Below the pieces are notes generated by a model. It was not told the origin of the DNA, did not search any database, and was given only the letters and a program-made list of their open reading frames with translations. From NCBI GenBank assembly GCA_025358025.1, contig JANYKW010000089.1, positions 18,629 to 82,628 of the forward strand: a stretch of DNA of 64,000 nucleotides, written 5' to 3'. This document shows positions 10,649-19,684 of the stretch, piece after piece (the first letter of the stretch is position 1; each line of letters opens with the position of its first letter). The DNA comes from Bacteroidia bacterium. Its GTDB lineage: Bacteria; Bacteroidota; Bacteroidia; Bacteroidales; Prolixibacteraceae. Position numbers and translations under genes: made by a program.

Positions 10649-11311
10649 TTATCTTGCACCAAAAATTTTGCTGCCTACCCTGACGATGGTGCTCCCTGCC
10701 AGGACGGCAACCGGATAATCATCCGACATTCCCATGGATATTTCACAAAAATGGCCGGCATTTGGAAAATATTTTTTTTTGAGCAAATGAAAAATTTCTG
10801 AGAGATGCTCAAATTCAGTCCTGATAACCTCATTATCAATGGTATATGTTGCCATTCCCATCACTCCGTTGATAGAGACATTCTTCATGGCGGCAGTTTC
10901 AGGCATCGATAATATCTCTTCAGCCGATTCAATCGTCAGACCGAATTTACTTTCTTCTGCCGCGATGTGAAATTCCAGCAATACAGGTATGATCCGGTGG
11001 CATTTTTCTGCCTCCTTATTGATTGCCGAGAGTAACCTGAAACTATCAACGCCATGAATCAGGGAAACAACAGAAACTACCTGTTTTACCTTATTTATTT
11101 GCAGATGACCAATATAATGCCACTCAATGTCTTTGGGGAGCTCCTGCCATTTTTTTAAAAGTTCCTGCACCCTGTTCTCGCCAAACATTCTCTGGCCGGT
11201 CTGGTAGGCCTCCTTTATCTGATCGATACTTTTTGTTTTTGAAACAGCCACCAGTTTTATCCTTTCAGGAAGTTGCCGGCGTATGGATTGAAGATTACCT
11301 CTGATCGTCAT
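10649..11311 (-). CDS. yggS: YggS-family pyridoxal-phosphate homeostasis protein
   Basis: 220 aa with VAVSKTK (PLP lysine), FGENRVQE, WHYIGHLQINKVK and the family-typical length. Confidence 0.85.
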   Translation of the reverse strand: MTIRGNLQSIRRQLPERIKLVAVSKTKSIDQIKEAYQTGQRMFGENRVQELLKKWQELPKDIEWHYIGHLQINKVKQVVSVVSLIHGVDSFRLLSAINKEAEKCHRIIPVLLEFHIAAEESKFGLTIESAEEILSMPETAAMKNVSINGVMGMATYTIDNEVIRTEFEHLSEIFHLLKKKYFPNAGHFCEISMGMSDDYPVAVLAGSTIVRVGSKIFGAR

Positions 11312-11378
11312 TGAAAATAAATTGCACCCAAATTTAAGAAAAGAGATTCATTTTCCTACTTTTACAAGCGCAAAGATT

Positions 11379-11733
11379 AAGGCGAAAGGCGAAAGGCTAA
11401 AAGCTAAAAGCTATTAGCTATTAGCGGTTAGCTCTTAGCTGTTAGTAAAAGGCTAAAAGCTATTAGCGGTTAGCTATTAGCTGTTAGTAAAAGGCTAAAG
11501 GCTATTAGCGGTTAGCTCTTAGCTGTTAGTAAAAGGATAAAAGCTATTAGCGGTTAGCTCTTAGCTGTTAGTAAAAGGATAAAAGCTATTAGCGGTTAGC
11601 TCTTAGCTGTTAGTAAAAGGCTAAAAGCTATTAGCGGTTAGCTATTAGCTGTTAGTAAAAGGATAAAAGCTATTAGCGGTTAGCTCTTAGCTGTTAGTAA
11701 AAGGCTAAAAGCTATTAGCGGTTAGCTATAGTA
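11379..11733. repeat. Hierarchical tandem repeat with a 7-nt periodicity (GCNNTTA-like heptads) organised into a 42-bp higher-order unit, at least 7 phased copies
   Basis: The marker GTTAGTAAAAGG recurs at 11441, 11483, 11525, 11567, 11609, 11651 and 11693, exactly 42 bp apart. Each unit is 6 heptads: aaaaggc/taaaagc/tattagc/ggttagc/tcttagc/tgttagt. The 5' edge shows duplicated heptads (gcgaaag x2, gctaaaa x2, gctatta x2). Stops occur in all frames. The array fills the yggS/porin divergent intergenic region. Confidence 0.95.
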
Positions 11734-11748
11734 GTATAATATAAAAAA

Positions 11749-12513
11749 ATGATGAACAACAGCAAACATTTCCAGATGCCACTTCACGCTAAACGCCTGT
11801 TACTAAGGATTGGTTTTGGATTGCTGATGTTGTTTCAGATTCCTCTGCTTGCTCATGCACAGAATGAAGCATTTAGAAAAGAGTTTTTTTTAGGGGTTAA
11901 AGGCGGGATGGTATTCAGCCGGGTAAAGTTTAAACCCAATGTTGAACAAAATTCATATATCGGAAACTCTGCAGGTTTCATCCTGAGGATGATCTCAGAA
12001 CCTCATGTCGGTATCCAGATAGAACTAAACTACCTTTCCAAAGGCTGGGAAGAGAAACCGCTTGAGGGTCAGACCCAAAATTATTCTCACAAGCTAAATT
12101 ACTTTGACATACCGATAATGACCCATGCCAGCTTTGGAAATAAAGCTTTCAAGGTCACCCTCAATCTGGGTCCTGCCATTGCATTTTTGCTTTCAGACAG
12201 CCAGGGTATGAATCCTGCATCACCCGGCATTCCTGCTCCTCCACCGATCCAATATTGGGGCAAGCCCATTGATTCGAACGTCGACTTTCTTTTCGTTGGC
12301 GGCATGGGCACGGAGTACCATTTTAAGAAGGCAGGAGCAGTAGCGCTCGATGCCCGTCTTTTCTATTCTCTGACCAATCTGTATGATTCTAAAAATTACG
12401 GTTACGATCCATCACGTACAACAGGTGCTCAAGTGACACTGTCCTATCTCTTCAGACTGAATTCCGGAAAAAATAAGACTGCCGGACAGGACCGGAAGAG
12501 TGTCAATCCCTGA
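11749..12513 (+). CDS. Outer-membrane beta-barrel (porin-family) protein
   Basis: 254 aa with signal peptide ending LLAHAQ. It shows an alternating hydrophobic beta-strand pattern, YFDIPIM and GPAIAFLL segments typical of the OMP_b-brl_2 family, and an aromatic-rich C-terminal strand LSYLFRL. Confidence 0.7.
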   Translation: MMNNSKHFQMPLHAKRLLLRIGFGLLMLFQIPLLAHAQNEAFRKEFFLGVKGGMVFSRVKFKPNVEQNSYIGNSAGFILRMISEPHVGIQIELNYLSKGWEEKPLEGQTQNYSHKLNYFDIPIMTHASFGNKAFKVTLNLGPAIAFLLSDSQGMNPASPGIPAPPPIQYWGKPIDSNVDFLFVGGMGTEYHFKKAGAVALDARLFYSLTNLYDSKNYGYDPSRTTGAQVTLSYLFRLNSGKNKTAGQDRKSVNP

Positions 12514-12578
12514 GGAACCGGATTCTCAGGAAATTTAGAATCACAATTTCTTTGGTCTGCAAAAGTGTTAGTTTCTCA

Positions 12579-13826
12579 TCAGTGGAGTTCATGAACAACC
12601 AGGCCTGAACGTAACTTGGGCTCGAACCAGGTTGTTTTCGGAGGCATAATATTTCCTGAGTCGGCGATATTGATCAGTTGTTTCATGGATACTGCATAAA
12701 GGGCAAATGCAACTTTCATTTCACCTGAATCCACTCTTCTGGTTAGTTCGCCCAATCCCCTGATTCCGCCAACGAAGTCGATTCTATTATCTGTCCTGAG
12801 ATCCTTAATACCCAGAATCTTATCCAACACCAACGCGGAGAGGATGGTTACGTCCAGCACTCCGATCGGATCATGGTCGTTGTACCTGCCGGGCTTTGCA
12901 GACAGCTTGTACCAAAATCCGTCGAGATACATCGAAAAGATGTGAAGTGCCTCCGGTTTGTATATTTCAGGACCTTTCTTTACAATATCAAAGTCCTCAT
13001 GCAGCTGCTGGAGCAGCTCCGCTGAAGATAATCCATTTAAATCCCTGACAACCCGGTTGTAATCAATAATTTGGAGCTGATTATCCGGAAAATGAACAGC
13101 CAGAAAGTAGTTATATTCTTCTGTACCGTCGTGATGGGGATTCCTGGCTCTTTTCTCCTGGCCTACCAAAGCAGCCGCTGCGGTTCTGTGATGTCCGTCA
13201 GCCACATAAGTAGAAGGAATAGCCGAAAATAGTCCGACCAGGTTGTCAATGGTTTTGCGATCGTCGATCAGCCAGAAATGGTGGCCAAACCCGTCATTGG
13301 CAACGAAGTCGTATTCGGGCTGACGTGAGGAAACGATGTCAGTAACAACCTGATCTATTTCTGCAACAGCAGGATAGGCAAAAAAGACCGGTTCCATGTT
13401 GGCATCTGTGATGCGGACGTGTTTCATCCTGTCTTCCTCCTTGTCGCTGCGGGTAAGTTCATGTTTCTTAATCACACCGGTAAGATAATCCGCTACAGAA
13501 GCACATCCTACAAGTCCATACTGGGTGCGGCCTTCCATCGTCTGGGCGTAGATGTACAGGTATTCCTGCTCATCTTGCAACAGCCAACCCTTCGATTTGA
13601 AAAGCTCCAGGTTATCGATTGCTTTTTGATACACTTCCGGGCTATGTTCATCAATCTCCGCGGGAAGGTCAATCTCAGGCTTGATGATATGCAAGAGCGA
13701 AAAGGGATTCCCTGCAGCCTCGAGGCGAGCCTCCTCAGAATTGAGTACGTCATAGGGTCTCGATGCCACCTGAGCCGCCAGTTCTGCAGGAGGACGAAGT
13801 CCCTTGAAAGGTTTTAAGATAGCCAT
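12579..13826 (-). CDS. DUF1015 family protein
   Basis: 415 aa. The N-terminus MAILKPFKGLRP...ASRPYDV and the internal YVADGHHR match my recollection of DUF1015. The start lies 1 nt after the serC stop. Confidence 0.75.
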   Translation of the reverse strand: MAILKPFKGLRPPAELAAQVASRPYDVLNSEEARLEAAGNPFSLLHIIKPEIDLPAEIDEHSPEVYQKAIDNLELFKSKGWLLQDEQEYLYIYAQTMEGRTQYGLVGCASVADYLTGVIKKHELTRSDKEEDRMKHVRITDANMEPVFFAYPAVAEIDQVVTDIVSSRQPEYDFVANDGFGHHFWLIDDRKTIDNLVGLFSAIPSTYVADGHHRTAAAALVGQEKRARNPHHDGTEEYNYFLAVHFPDNQLQIIDYNRVVRDLNGLSSAELLQQLHEDFDIVKKGPEIYKPEALHIFSMYLDGFWYKLSAKPGRYNDHDPIGVLDVTILSALVLDKILGIKDLRTDNRIDFVGGIRGLGELTRRVDSGEMKVAFALYAVSMKQLINIADSGNIMPPKTTWFEPKLRSGLVVHELH

Positions 13827-13827
13827 A

Positions 13828-14898
13828 CTATTGTTTTGCCTCGAAATCCTTCATGGTTTGCACCAATACAACAACGCTTTCAATCGGCATGGCATTGTAA
13901 ATTGATGCCCTGAAACCGCCAACACTGCGATGACCTTCAATACCAACAAGGTTGTTTTCTTTGGCCAGGGTTTGAAAATCTTTCTCAAGATGCTCGTTGC
14001 CAGGAGTCATCACAAAAGTTACATTCATGCGTGAGCGATCGGCCGGATCTGGCACAGTACACTGAAAGAGCGCATTGCGATCAATTTCGTCGTATAATAA
14101 TTTCGCTTTGGCAATATTTTTTGCTTCCATTGCGCGGATTCCACCATTTTCTTTCAGCCAGATTAACGTTTGCAGAGCAGCAAAAACCGGCAGACAAGGA
14201 GGCGTGTTGAACATCGATTCTTTCTCAATGTGAGTCTGGTAGTTGATCATAGTAGGAATGGCACGGCCATTTTTTCCCAAAACATCCTTGCGCACGATAA
14301 CAAGTGTCACACCTGCAGGTGCAAGATTTTTCTGAGCACCGGCATAGATCACGGCATATTTGGAGATATCCAGCGGACGACTGAAAATATCAGATGACAT
14401 ATCCGCTACCAGTGGAACCGGAGAATCCAGATCATAAAGCATCTCGGTTCCAAAAATGGTATTGTTGGTAGTGATGTGGAGATAATCCAGATCCGATGGA
14501 ATGTCAAATCCTTTTGGAATGTAATTGTAGTTTTTGTCTTTGGAAGAGGCTACTTCAACTACCTCCCCAAAAAACTTACCCTCCTTGATAGCAGCAGTCG
14601 CCCAGACTCCGGTATTCATGTAACCCGCCTTGGTTTTCATCAGGTTGTAAGGAGCCATGTAGAACTGGGTGCTGGCACCACCCTGCAGGAAGAGAACCTC
14701 ATATCCTTCAGGGACCTCCAGCAATTCTTTAACCAGAGCGATGGCCTGGTCCATCACAGCAACAAACTCTTTGCTTCGGTGTGATACTTCCATAACCGAC
14801 AAAGTAGTTCCTGCGAAGTTGATAACAGCTTCAGCTGTTTTTTGAATCGTAAACTCGGGAAGAATTGAGGGTCCTGCGTAAAAATTATGCTTCTTCAT
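13828..14898 (-). CDS. serC: 3-phosphoserine/phosphohydroxythreonine aminotransferase
   Basis: 356 aa with N-terminal [11 protein letters not shown], the [10 protein letters not shown] motif, [13 protein letters not shown] (PLP-lysine region), and the expected length. Confidence 0.9.
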   Translation of the reverse strand: MKKHNFYAGPSILPEFTIQKTAEAVINFAGTTLSVMEVSHRSKEFVAVMDQAIALVKELLEVPEGYEVLFLQGGASTQFYMAPYNLMKTKAGYMNTGVWATAAIKEGKFFGEVVEVASSKDKNYNYIPKGFDIPSDLDYLHITTNNTIFGTEMLYDLDSPVPLVADMSSDIFSRPLDISKYAVIYAGAQKNLAPAGVTLVIVRKDVLGKNGRAIPTMINYQTHIEKESMFNTPPCLPVFAALQTLIWLKENGGIRAMEAKNIAKAKLLYDEIDRNALFQCTVPDPADRSRMNVTFVMTPGNEHLEKDFQTLAKENNLVGIEGHRSVGGFRASIYNAMPIESVVVLVQTMKDFEAKQ

Positions 14899-15106
14899 TC
14901 GGATCAGTTTTTATTGATTTGACAGACTTGCCGGATATTACCGGAAGGGGTTAAAATATATATTCAAACAAATATTTAACTACTTAGATTTAATGTACTT
15001 ACAATATGTTTTATTTGAGCGAAATTAACACATTAATCTTTAAAGCATGACAAAAATCAGTTAATTTAAAGTTAAGTATTCAGAAAAGCTGAGATATAGA
15101 AACAAT

Positions 15107-16189
15107 CTAAATAAAAGGCATTTTAACCACTTTTGCTTTGAGTAATTTGTTTCTGACCACCAGGTAGATCTCACTTCCTGGTTTGGCAAGGTCTGCCGGC
15201 ACATAGCCCATACCGATTCCCTTTTCCAGTATTGGTGATTGTGTACCTGAGGTAACACGTCCGATCACATTCCCTGTTTCATCCGCAATTTCATAATCGT
15301 GTCTCGGAATCCCCCTGTCAATCATTTCAAACCCGCACAGCCGGTTTGGGGTACCCTGTTTTTTCTGTTGCCATAGCAACTCCTTGTCAATAAATTGTTT
15401 GCCGTCATTAAATTTGGTAATCCAGCCCAAACCGGCTTCGATAGGAGAGGTGGTGCCATCGATATCATTGCCATACAAGCAAAAGCCCATTTCCAGGCGA
15501 AGGGTGTCGCGGGCTGCCAATCCGATGGGCTTAATGCCTAAGTCCTTCCCCGCTTCGAAGATTGCTTTCCAGATGCCTTCAGCGTGTTCGTTGTAAAAAT
15601 ACAACTCAAACCCACCGGCACCAGTATACCCGGTAGCTGAAACAATTACATCTTTCACGCCAGCCATTTCACCCACTTCGAAGGTGTAGTATTTTATACC
15701 GGCCAAATCTAAATTGGTAAGTTTTTGAAGTACTTCCAGCGCTTTCGGACCTTGAACCGCCAGCTGGGATATCCTGCCTGAAGCATTTTCAAGATCTGCT
15801 CCCAGATCGTTGCATGCTACCAGCCAGTTCCAGTCCTTATCTACATTGGCTGCATTAACTACCAGAAGGTACTTTTCGGATGAGAAGAAATAAACCAGCA
15901 AATCATCCACTATACCCCCTTTCCCGTTGGGAAAGCAGGAGTACTGGGCTTGTCCGGGTTGAAGAACTGCCACATCGTTGGTGGTAATTTTTTGCAGGAA
16001 AGCCAGTGCTGAGGGTCCCTTTACCCAAATTTCGCCCATGTGCGACACATCAAAAACACCGACTCCGTGACGAACAGTAAGATGCTCATCCTTGATACCA
16101 GAATATTCAATCGGCATATCAAAACCGGCAAATTCGGCCATCTTCGCACCGTAACTCAGATGTATTGCGTGAAAATAGGTTTTAAACAT
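15107..16189 (-). CDS. gcvT: Glycine cleavage system aminomethyltransferase T
   Basis: 360 aa with [38 protein letters not shown], and a typical length. Confidence 0.9.
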   Translation of the reverse strand: MFKTYFHAIHLSYGAKMAEFAGFDMPIEYSGIKDEHLTVRHGVGVFDVSHMGEIWVKGPSALAFLQKITTNDVAVLQPGQAQYSCFPNGKGGIVDDLLVYFFSSEKYLLVVNAANVDKDWNWLVACNDLGADLENASGRISQLAVQGPKALEVLQKLTNLDLAGIKYYTFEVGEMAGVKDVIVSATGYTGAGGFELYFYNEHAEGIWKAIFEAGKDLGIKPIGLAARDTLRLEMGFCLYGNDIDGTTSPIEAGLGWITKFNDGKQFIDKELLWQQKKQGTPNRLCGFEMIDRGIPRHDYEIADETGNVIGRVTSGTQSPILEKGIGMGYVPADLAKPGSEIYLVVRNKLLKAKVVKMPFI

Positions 16190-16531
16190 TTAAAAAAAGA
16201 ATTGGTATGATTATTAAATTAAACATTAAAAAATGCTAGTTTTATGAGTTGAAAATTTTATTGTTGTGGATATTGAGAGACTGCTTAAATTTTATTTCTC
16301 TCATTCCGGGAGGTCTGCCAGCTGGCATATTGTTTTCAAAATTTAAACAGATTCTGATAAGCACGACAATAAATTCTAAATTATGCAATAGGGTTCTTTT
16401 AACTTTTTTCAGATGTCAAAATTAAGAAAAATTAAGAGAGATGCACCTAACAAAACTCATGCAGGAAGGAATAAATCTACCGGTTTTTTCAATCAAATAT
16501 CCATCTTAAAAAGGTTAAATACCAATATACA

Positions 16532-16876
16532 ATGACCTATATCAACCTGGAATATCTGCACGCAATTACGGACGGCGAAAAACCTATTATCCGTATGATT
16601 TTAGAGATGTTTATTGGCCAAGTACCTGAATTTGTTCAAAATATGAATAGTTTCTATCAGGCCGGGGACTATCATTCCCTTGGCAGGGAAGCTCATAAAG
16701 CTAAATCCTCCCTTCAAATCATCGGTATGACCGATTTGGAAAATGACATGAAGATCCTGATAAAAAAAACAGCTGAACAGAGGGAGGTCGGAAGTTATCC
16801 CGAGCACATCAGAAATTTCGAAAACCAATGTTTGGGTGCTGTTGCCGAGATTGAAGCTGAGCTGTTGGTATTATGA
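16532..16876 (+). CDS. Stand-alone histidine phosphotransfer (Hpt) domain protein
   Basis: 114 aa. The motif LGREAHKAKSSLQIIGM fits the Hpt HxxKG/S phospho-histidine helix. Its stop overlaps the next start (ATGA at 16873-16876). Confidence 0.7.
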   Translation: MTYINLEYLHAITDGEKPIIRMILEMFIGQVPEFVQNMNSFYQAGDYHSLGREAHKAKSSLQIIGMTDLENDMKILIKKTAEQREVGSYPEHIRNFENQCLGAVAEIEAELLVL

Positions 16877-19548
16877 AAAGACAAAACTCAATCTTCCTCC
16901 TGTTTTCCAGGATCTTTGCTTTCAAAATCAGGTTACTGCTACGCACCCGTTACAAAATTTTGATTAAAGGATCTGAAGATTTTCCAAAAAACTCACCCGT
17001 ACTTTTTTTACCAAACCATCAGGCCTTAATCGATCCGGTTATCCTGCTTAGCCAGATCTACCGGTTTTCCGATGCAACACCGGTCATTACCGAAAGATTC
17101 TTTGACATACCGGTGCTAAAATCATTTTTCAGACGATTGGGTGCAATTCGAGTCAGCGATCTGGAAAAAGGCAACCGCGACATCCAGGTTTTAAAAGGGA
17201 TTACCCGCTCAGTCAATAAAGGGTTCAGACGCAAAAAGAATATTGTTCTCTATCCCAGCGGACAAATTGCCGGTCAGGGTTATGAGAAAATCTTTAATAA
17301 AAAATCGGCCTATCAAATCGTGCTAAACTTACCTGAAGATGTTCAGGTTGTTGGTGTTCGCATATCCGGGTTATGGGGAAGCATTTGGTCAAAAGCCTAT
17401 TCAGGTAATTCACCTGATTTTTTTATTCAATTATTGAAGGGGATTTTTTTCACCCTGGCAAATCTTATTTTCTTCGTGCCAAAACGAACAGTTACCATGG
17501 AGTTTGAAGATCTGACAGCAATAACCAAAAGTAAGGCGCTTTTGGGACCTAAGCTGTTTAATTTATTCCTGGAAGATTTTTATAACCTGCACGGAGAGGA
17601 ACCTCCGCTATTCCTTAAACACTATTTTTATTCACCGGCGTTGAAAAGGAAACTTCCTGAAAAGATATCCGGTTCTGCCAATGATGCACAAGATGAAGTT
17701 TTACCTACAGATTCTGAAACAATAACCCAGGAAATATCCGACAAGGTAAATAATATTGTTGCCTCTATTTTAAATATCGATCCGAATCAACTCTCAGTTA
17801 ATTCAAACCTGACTATGGATTTGGGTGCCGACTCGCTTAGCATAGTAGAAATTGTTTCCGAAATTGAAAACCAGTTTAAGGGGTTCTCTTCCCCTCAAAT
17901 CAATGAAATAAAGACCGTTGGAGACTTATGCCTGGTGGCCTCAGGACAATTCAACACCTCCTCCGACTTGAAACCATCTTATCTTGAACAGCCTTTAAGT
18001 AAGCTGGGGTATTTCCATGTAGATCCTGAGAAAAACATTCTCTGGCAGTTTCTGGATACCTTCACGACCGACTCAAAAGACTACTTTGCATACGATGCTA
18101 TTGTTGGTTGCACGAACCGGAAAACTTTCCTTTTGAAAGCCATTGTTGTCGCTGAAATCATTAAAAAGAAAGTTAAAGGAGCGAATGTGGGAATCATGCT
18201 ACCGGCATTGCAAAGCACAACCTTGCTCATCATTGCCTCGTATATGGCAGGGAAAATACCCGTGATGCTCAACTGGACCGCAGGAAAAAAAGTACTTGAA
18301 CATTGCGCTGAAACTGCTGAAATCGATGTGATTCTTTCTGCCGAAAACTTCACCAGGAAAATTGAAGATCAACTTTCGGAAAGCATCAAAAACAAACTGG
18401 TATTATTGGAGAAAGAAATCCCTCATATCAAAATTACTACCAAGATAAAAGGGTTGGTTATTTCTAAGTTTCCAAAGTTATTCATCGAATACAAGCATAT
18501 TAACAAAATGGCCGTGATCCTCTTCACATCGGGAAGTGAAGCCATGCCCAAAGCTGTACCGCTTACCCATCGGAATATCGTAAGCGATTTGCATGCTACA
18601 TTCGATATGCTCAAGATTGAAAAGAACAATATATTGCTCGGATTTCTTCCTCCATTCCATAGTTTTGGCTTTACCGGGCTGGCTGTTCTTCCCCTTGTTA
18701 CCGGCGTAAAGATCGCTTATACACCAAATCCTACCGATGCCAGGGAAGTCCTGAAAATTTTAAAGCATACCAAGGCCAATATGCTGATTGGAACCCCTGG
18801 TTTTTTGAAACTGATGATGGCAGCCGGGTCTGCATATTATTTCAAATCCATCCGCTATGTTATATCGGGAGCGGAGGCGATGCCCCAGGCATTGAAGGAG
18901 CTCTTTGACAGCCTTACTACAGATGCCAGACTGCTGGAAGGTTATGGAATCACAGAATGTGCCCCTATTCTGACGGCCAATCTGTTGGATAAACAAAAGA
19001 TGAACAGCGTGGGCAAATTCATACCTGGAGTTGAAAACATCATTTTGGACCTGAATTCAGGAGAGCAGGTTACAACCGGGCAGGCCGGAATGATTTATGT
19101 GCGTGGCAGCAATGTCTTTCATGGCTATCTGGGAGAAGGAACAATCAATCCATTTGAAGAAATCAATGGTAAAACATACTATAAAACAGGAGACCTCGGG
19201 TATCTGGATGAAGATGGCTTCCTTTTTATTACCGGCCGGCTCAAACGGTTTATAAAAATTGCCGGAGAAATGATCAGCCTTCCTTTTATTGAGAAGATAT
19301 TACTGCAAATGTATGACGACCAGGAGCAACAAGTTCTGGCAGTGGAGGGCTCCGACAAGACAACTCCACCGCAAATTGTGCTCTTTTCTACACTGTCAAT
19401 CAACCTGGACGATGCCAACAAGTACCTGTTGGCGAATGGTGCAGCACCCTTAGCAAAAATTAAACGCATCATTGAACTGGACGAAATTCCGGTATTGGGA
19501 ACCGGCAAAGTTGATTATAAAGTATTACGAAAAATGATTGAAGAGTAG
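16873..19548 (+). CDS. Tri-domain lysophospholipid acyltransferase (PlsC-type) / acyl-carrier-protein domain / acyl-AMP (acyl-ACP synthetase-like) ligase fusion, Aas-like
   Basis: 891 aa. NHQALIDP is the HX4D acyltransferase motif and YPSGQI is block III. LGADSLSIVEIV is the phosphopantetheine-attachment DSL serine. FTSGSEAMPKAV and YKTGDLGYLDEDGFLFITGRLKRFIKIAGEMIS are AMP-binding cores. Confidence 0.8.
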   Translation: MKRQNSIFLLFSRIFAFKIRLLLRTRYKILIKGSEDFPKNSPVLFLPNHQALIDPVILLSQIYRFSDATPVITERFFDIPVLKSFFRRLGAIRVSDLEKGNRDIQVLKGITRSVNKGFRRKKNIVLYPSGQIAGQGYEKIFNKKSAYQIVLNLPEDVQVVGVRISGLWGSIWSKAYSGNSPDFFIQLLKGIFFTLANLIFFVPKRTVTMEFEDLTAITKSKALLGPKLFNLFLEDFYNLHGEEPPLFLKHYFYSPALKRKLPEKISGSANDAQDEVLPTDSETITQEISDKVNNIVASILNIDPNQLSVNSNLTMDLGADSLSIVEIVSEIENQFKGFSSPQINEIKTVGDLCLVASGQFNTSSDLKPSYLEQPLSKLGYFHVDPEKNILWQFLDTFTTDSKDYFAYDAIVGCTNRKTFLLKAIVVAEIIKKKVKGANVGIMLPALQSTTLLIIASYMAGKIPVMLNWTAGKKVLEHCAETAEIDVILSAENFTRKIEDQLSESIKNKLVLLEKEIPHIKITTKIKGLVISKFPKLFIEYKHINKMAVILFTSGSEAMPKAVPLTHRNIVSDLHATFDMLKIEKNNILLGFLPPFHSFGFTGLAVLPLVTGVKIAYTPNPTDAREVLKILKHTKANMLIGTPGFLKLMMAAGSAYYFKSIRYVISGAEAMPQALKELFDSLTTDARLLEGYGITECAPILTANLLDKQKMNSVGKFIPGVENIILDLNSGEQVTTGQAGMIYVRGSNVFHGYLGEGTINPFEEINGKTYYKTGDLGYLDEDGFLFITGRLKRFIKIAGEMISLPFIEKILLQMYDDQEQQVLAVEGSDKTTPPQIVLFSTLSINLDDANKYLLANGAAPLAKIKRIIELDEIPVLGTGKVDYKVLRKMIEE

Positions 19549-19658
19549 GATGTTTAAATTTTGAGTCCGCTTTGAAAAGCCAGAATTCATTGATTTTCAA
19601 CTTTTTTACCCCTCACCACTAAATGGGAATTCGTTAAAATCAATGAATTCGTAAAAGT

Positions 19659-19684
19659 CCCCTTTCAGGAATTTAGGGGTTTTT
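19659..19684 (+). terminator. Weak candidate intrinsic terminator for the 16873-19548 gene
   Basis: CCCCT (19659-19663) and AGGGG (19675-19679) form a 5-bp stem with an 11-nt loop, followed by TTTTT (19680-19684). It overlaps the 3' end of the convergent gene. Confidence 0.25.

Noticed and set aside
11379-11733. Possible CRISPR array, because of regularly spaced repeats
   Set aside because: The units are contiguous with no unique spacers. The period is 42 bp, built from 7-nt sub-repeats. No cas genes are present in the window.
11735-11740. TATAAT hexamer 9 nt upstream of the porin-like gene, as a sigma-70 -10 box
   Set aside because: Bacteroidota primary promoters use TAnnTTTG. The hexamer sits too close to the ATG and lies in generally AT-rich sequence.
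15061-15258. 65-aa minus-strand ORF overlapping the 3' end of gcvT
   Set aside because: It overlaps gcvT in another frame and has no independent support.
16316-16327. Perfect 12-bp palindrome TGCCAGCTGGCA in the gcvT/Hpt intergenic region
   Set aside because: About 15 perfect 12-bp palindromes are expected by chance in 64 kb, and there is no second copy or positional support.
16190-16531. Glycine riboswitch upstream of gcvT
   Set aside because: Reading the minus strand, I could not find the conserved GGAGAG...ACCGAAGGGGCAA-type cores or any tandem aptamer architecture. The region is AT-rich and low in structure. A covariance-model scan would be decisive.
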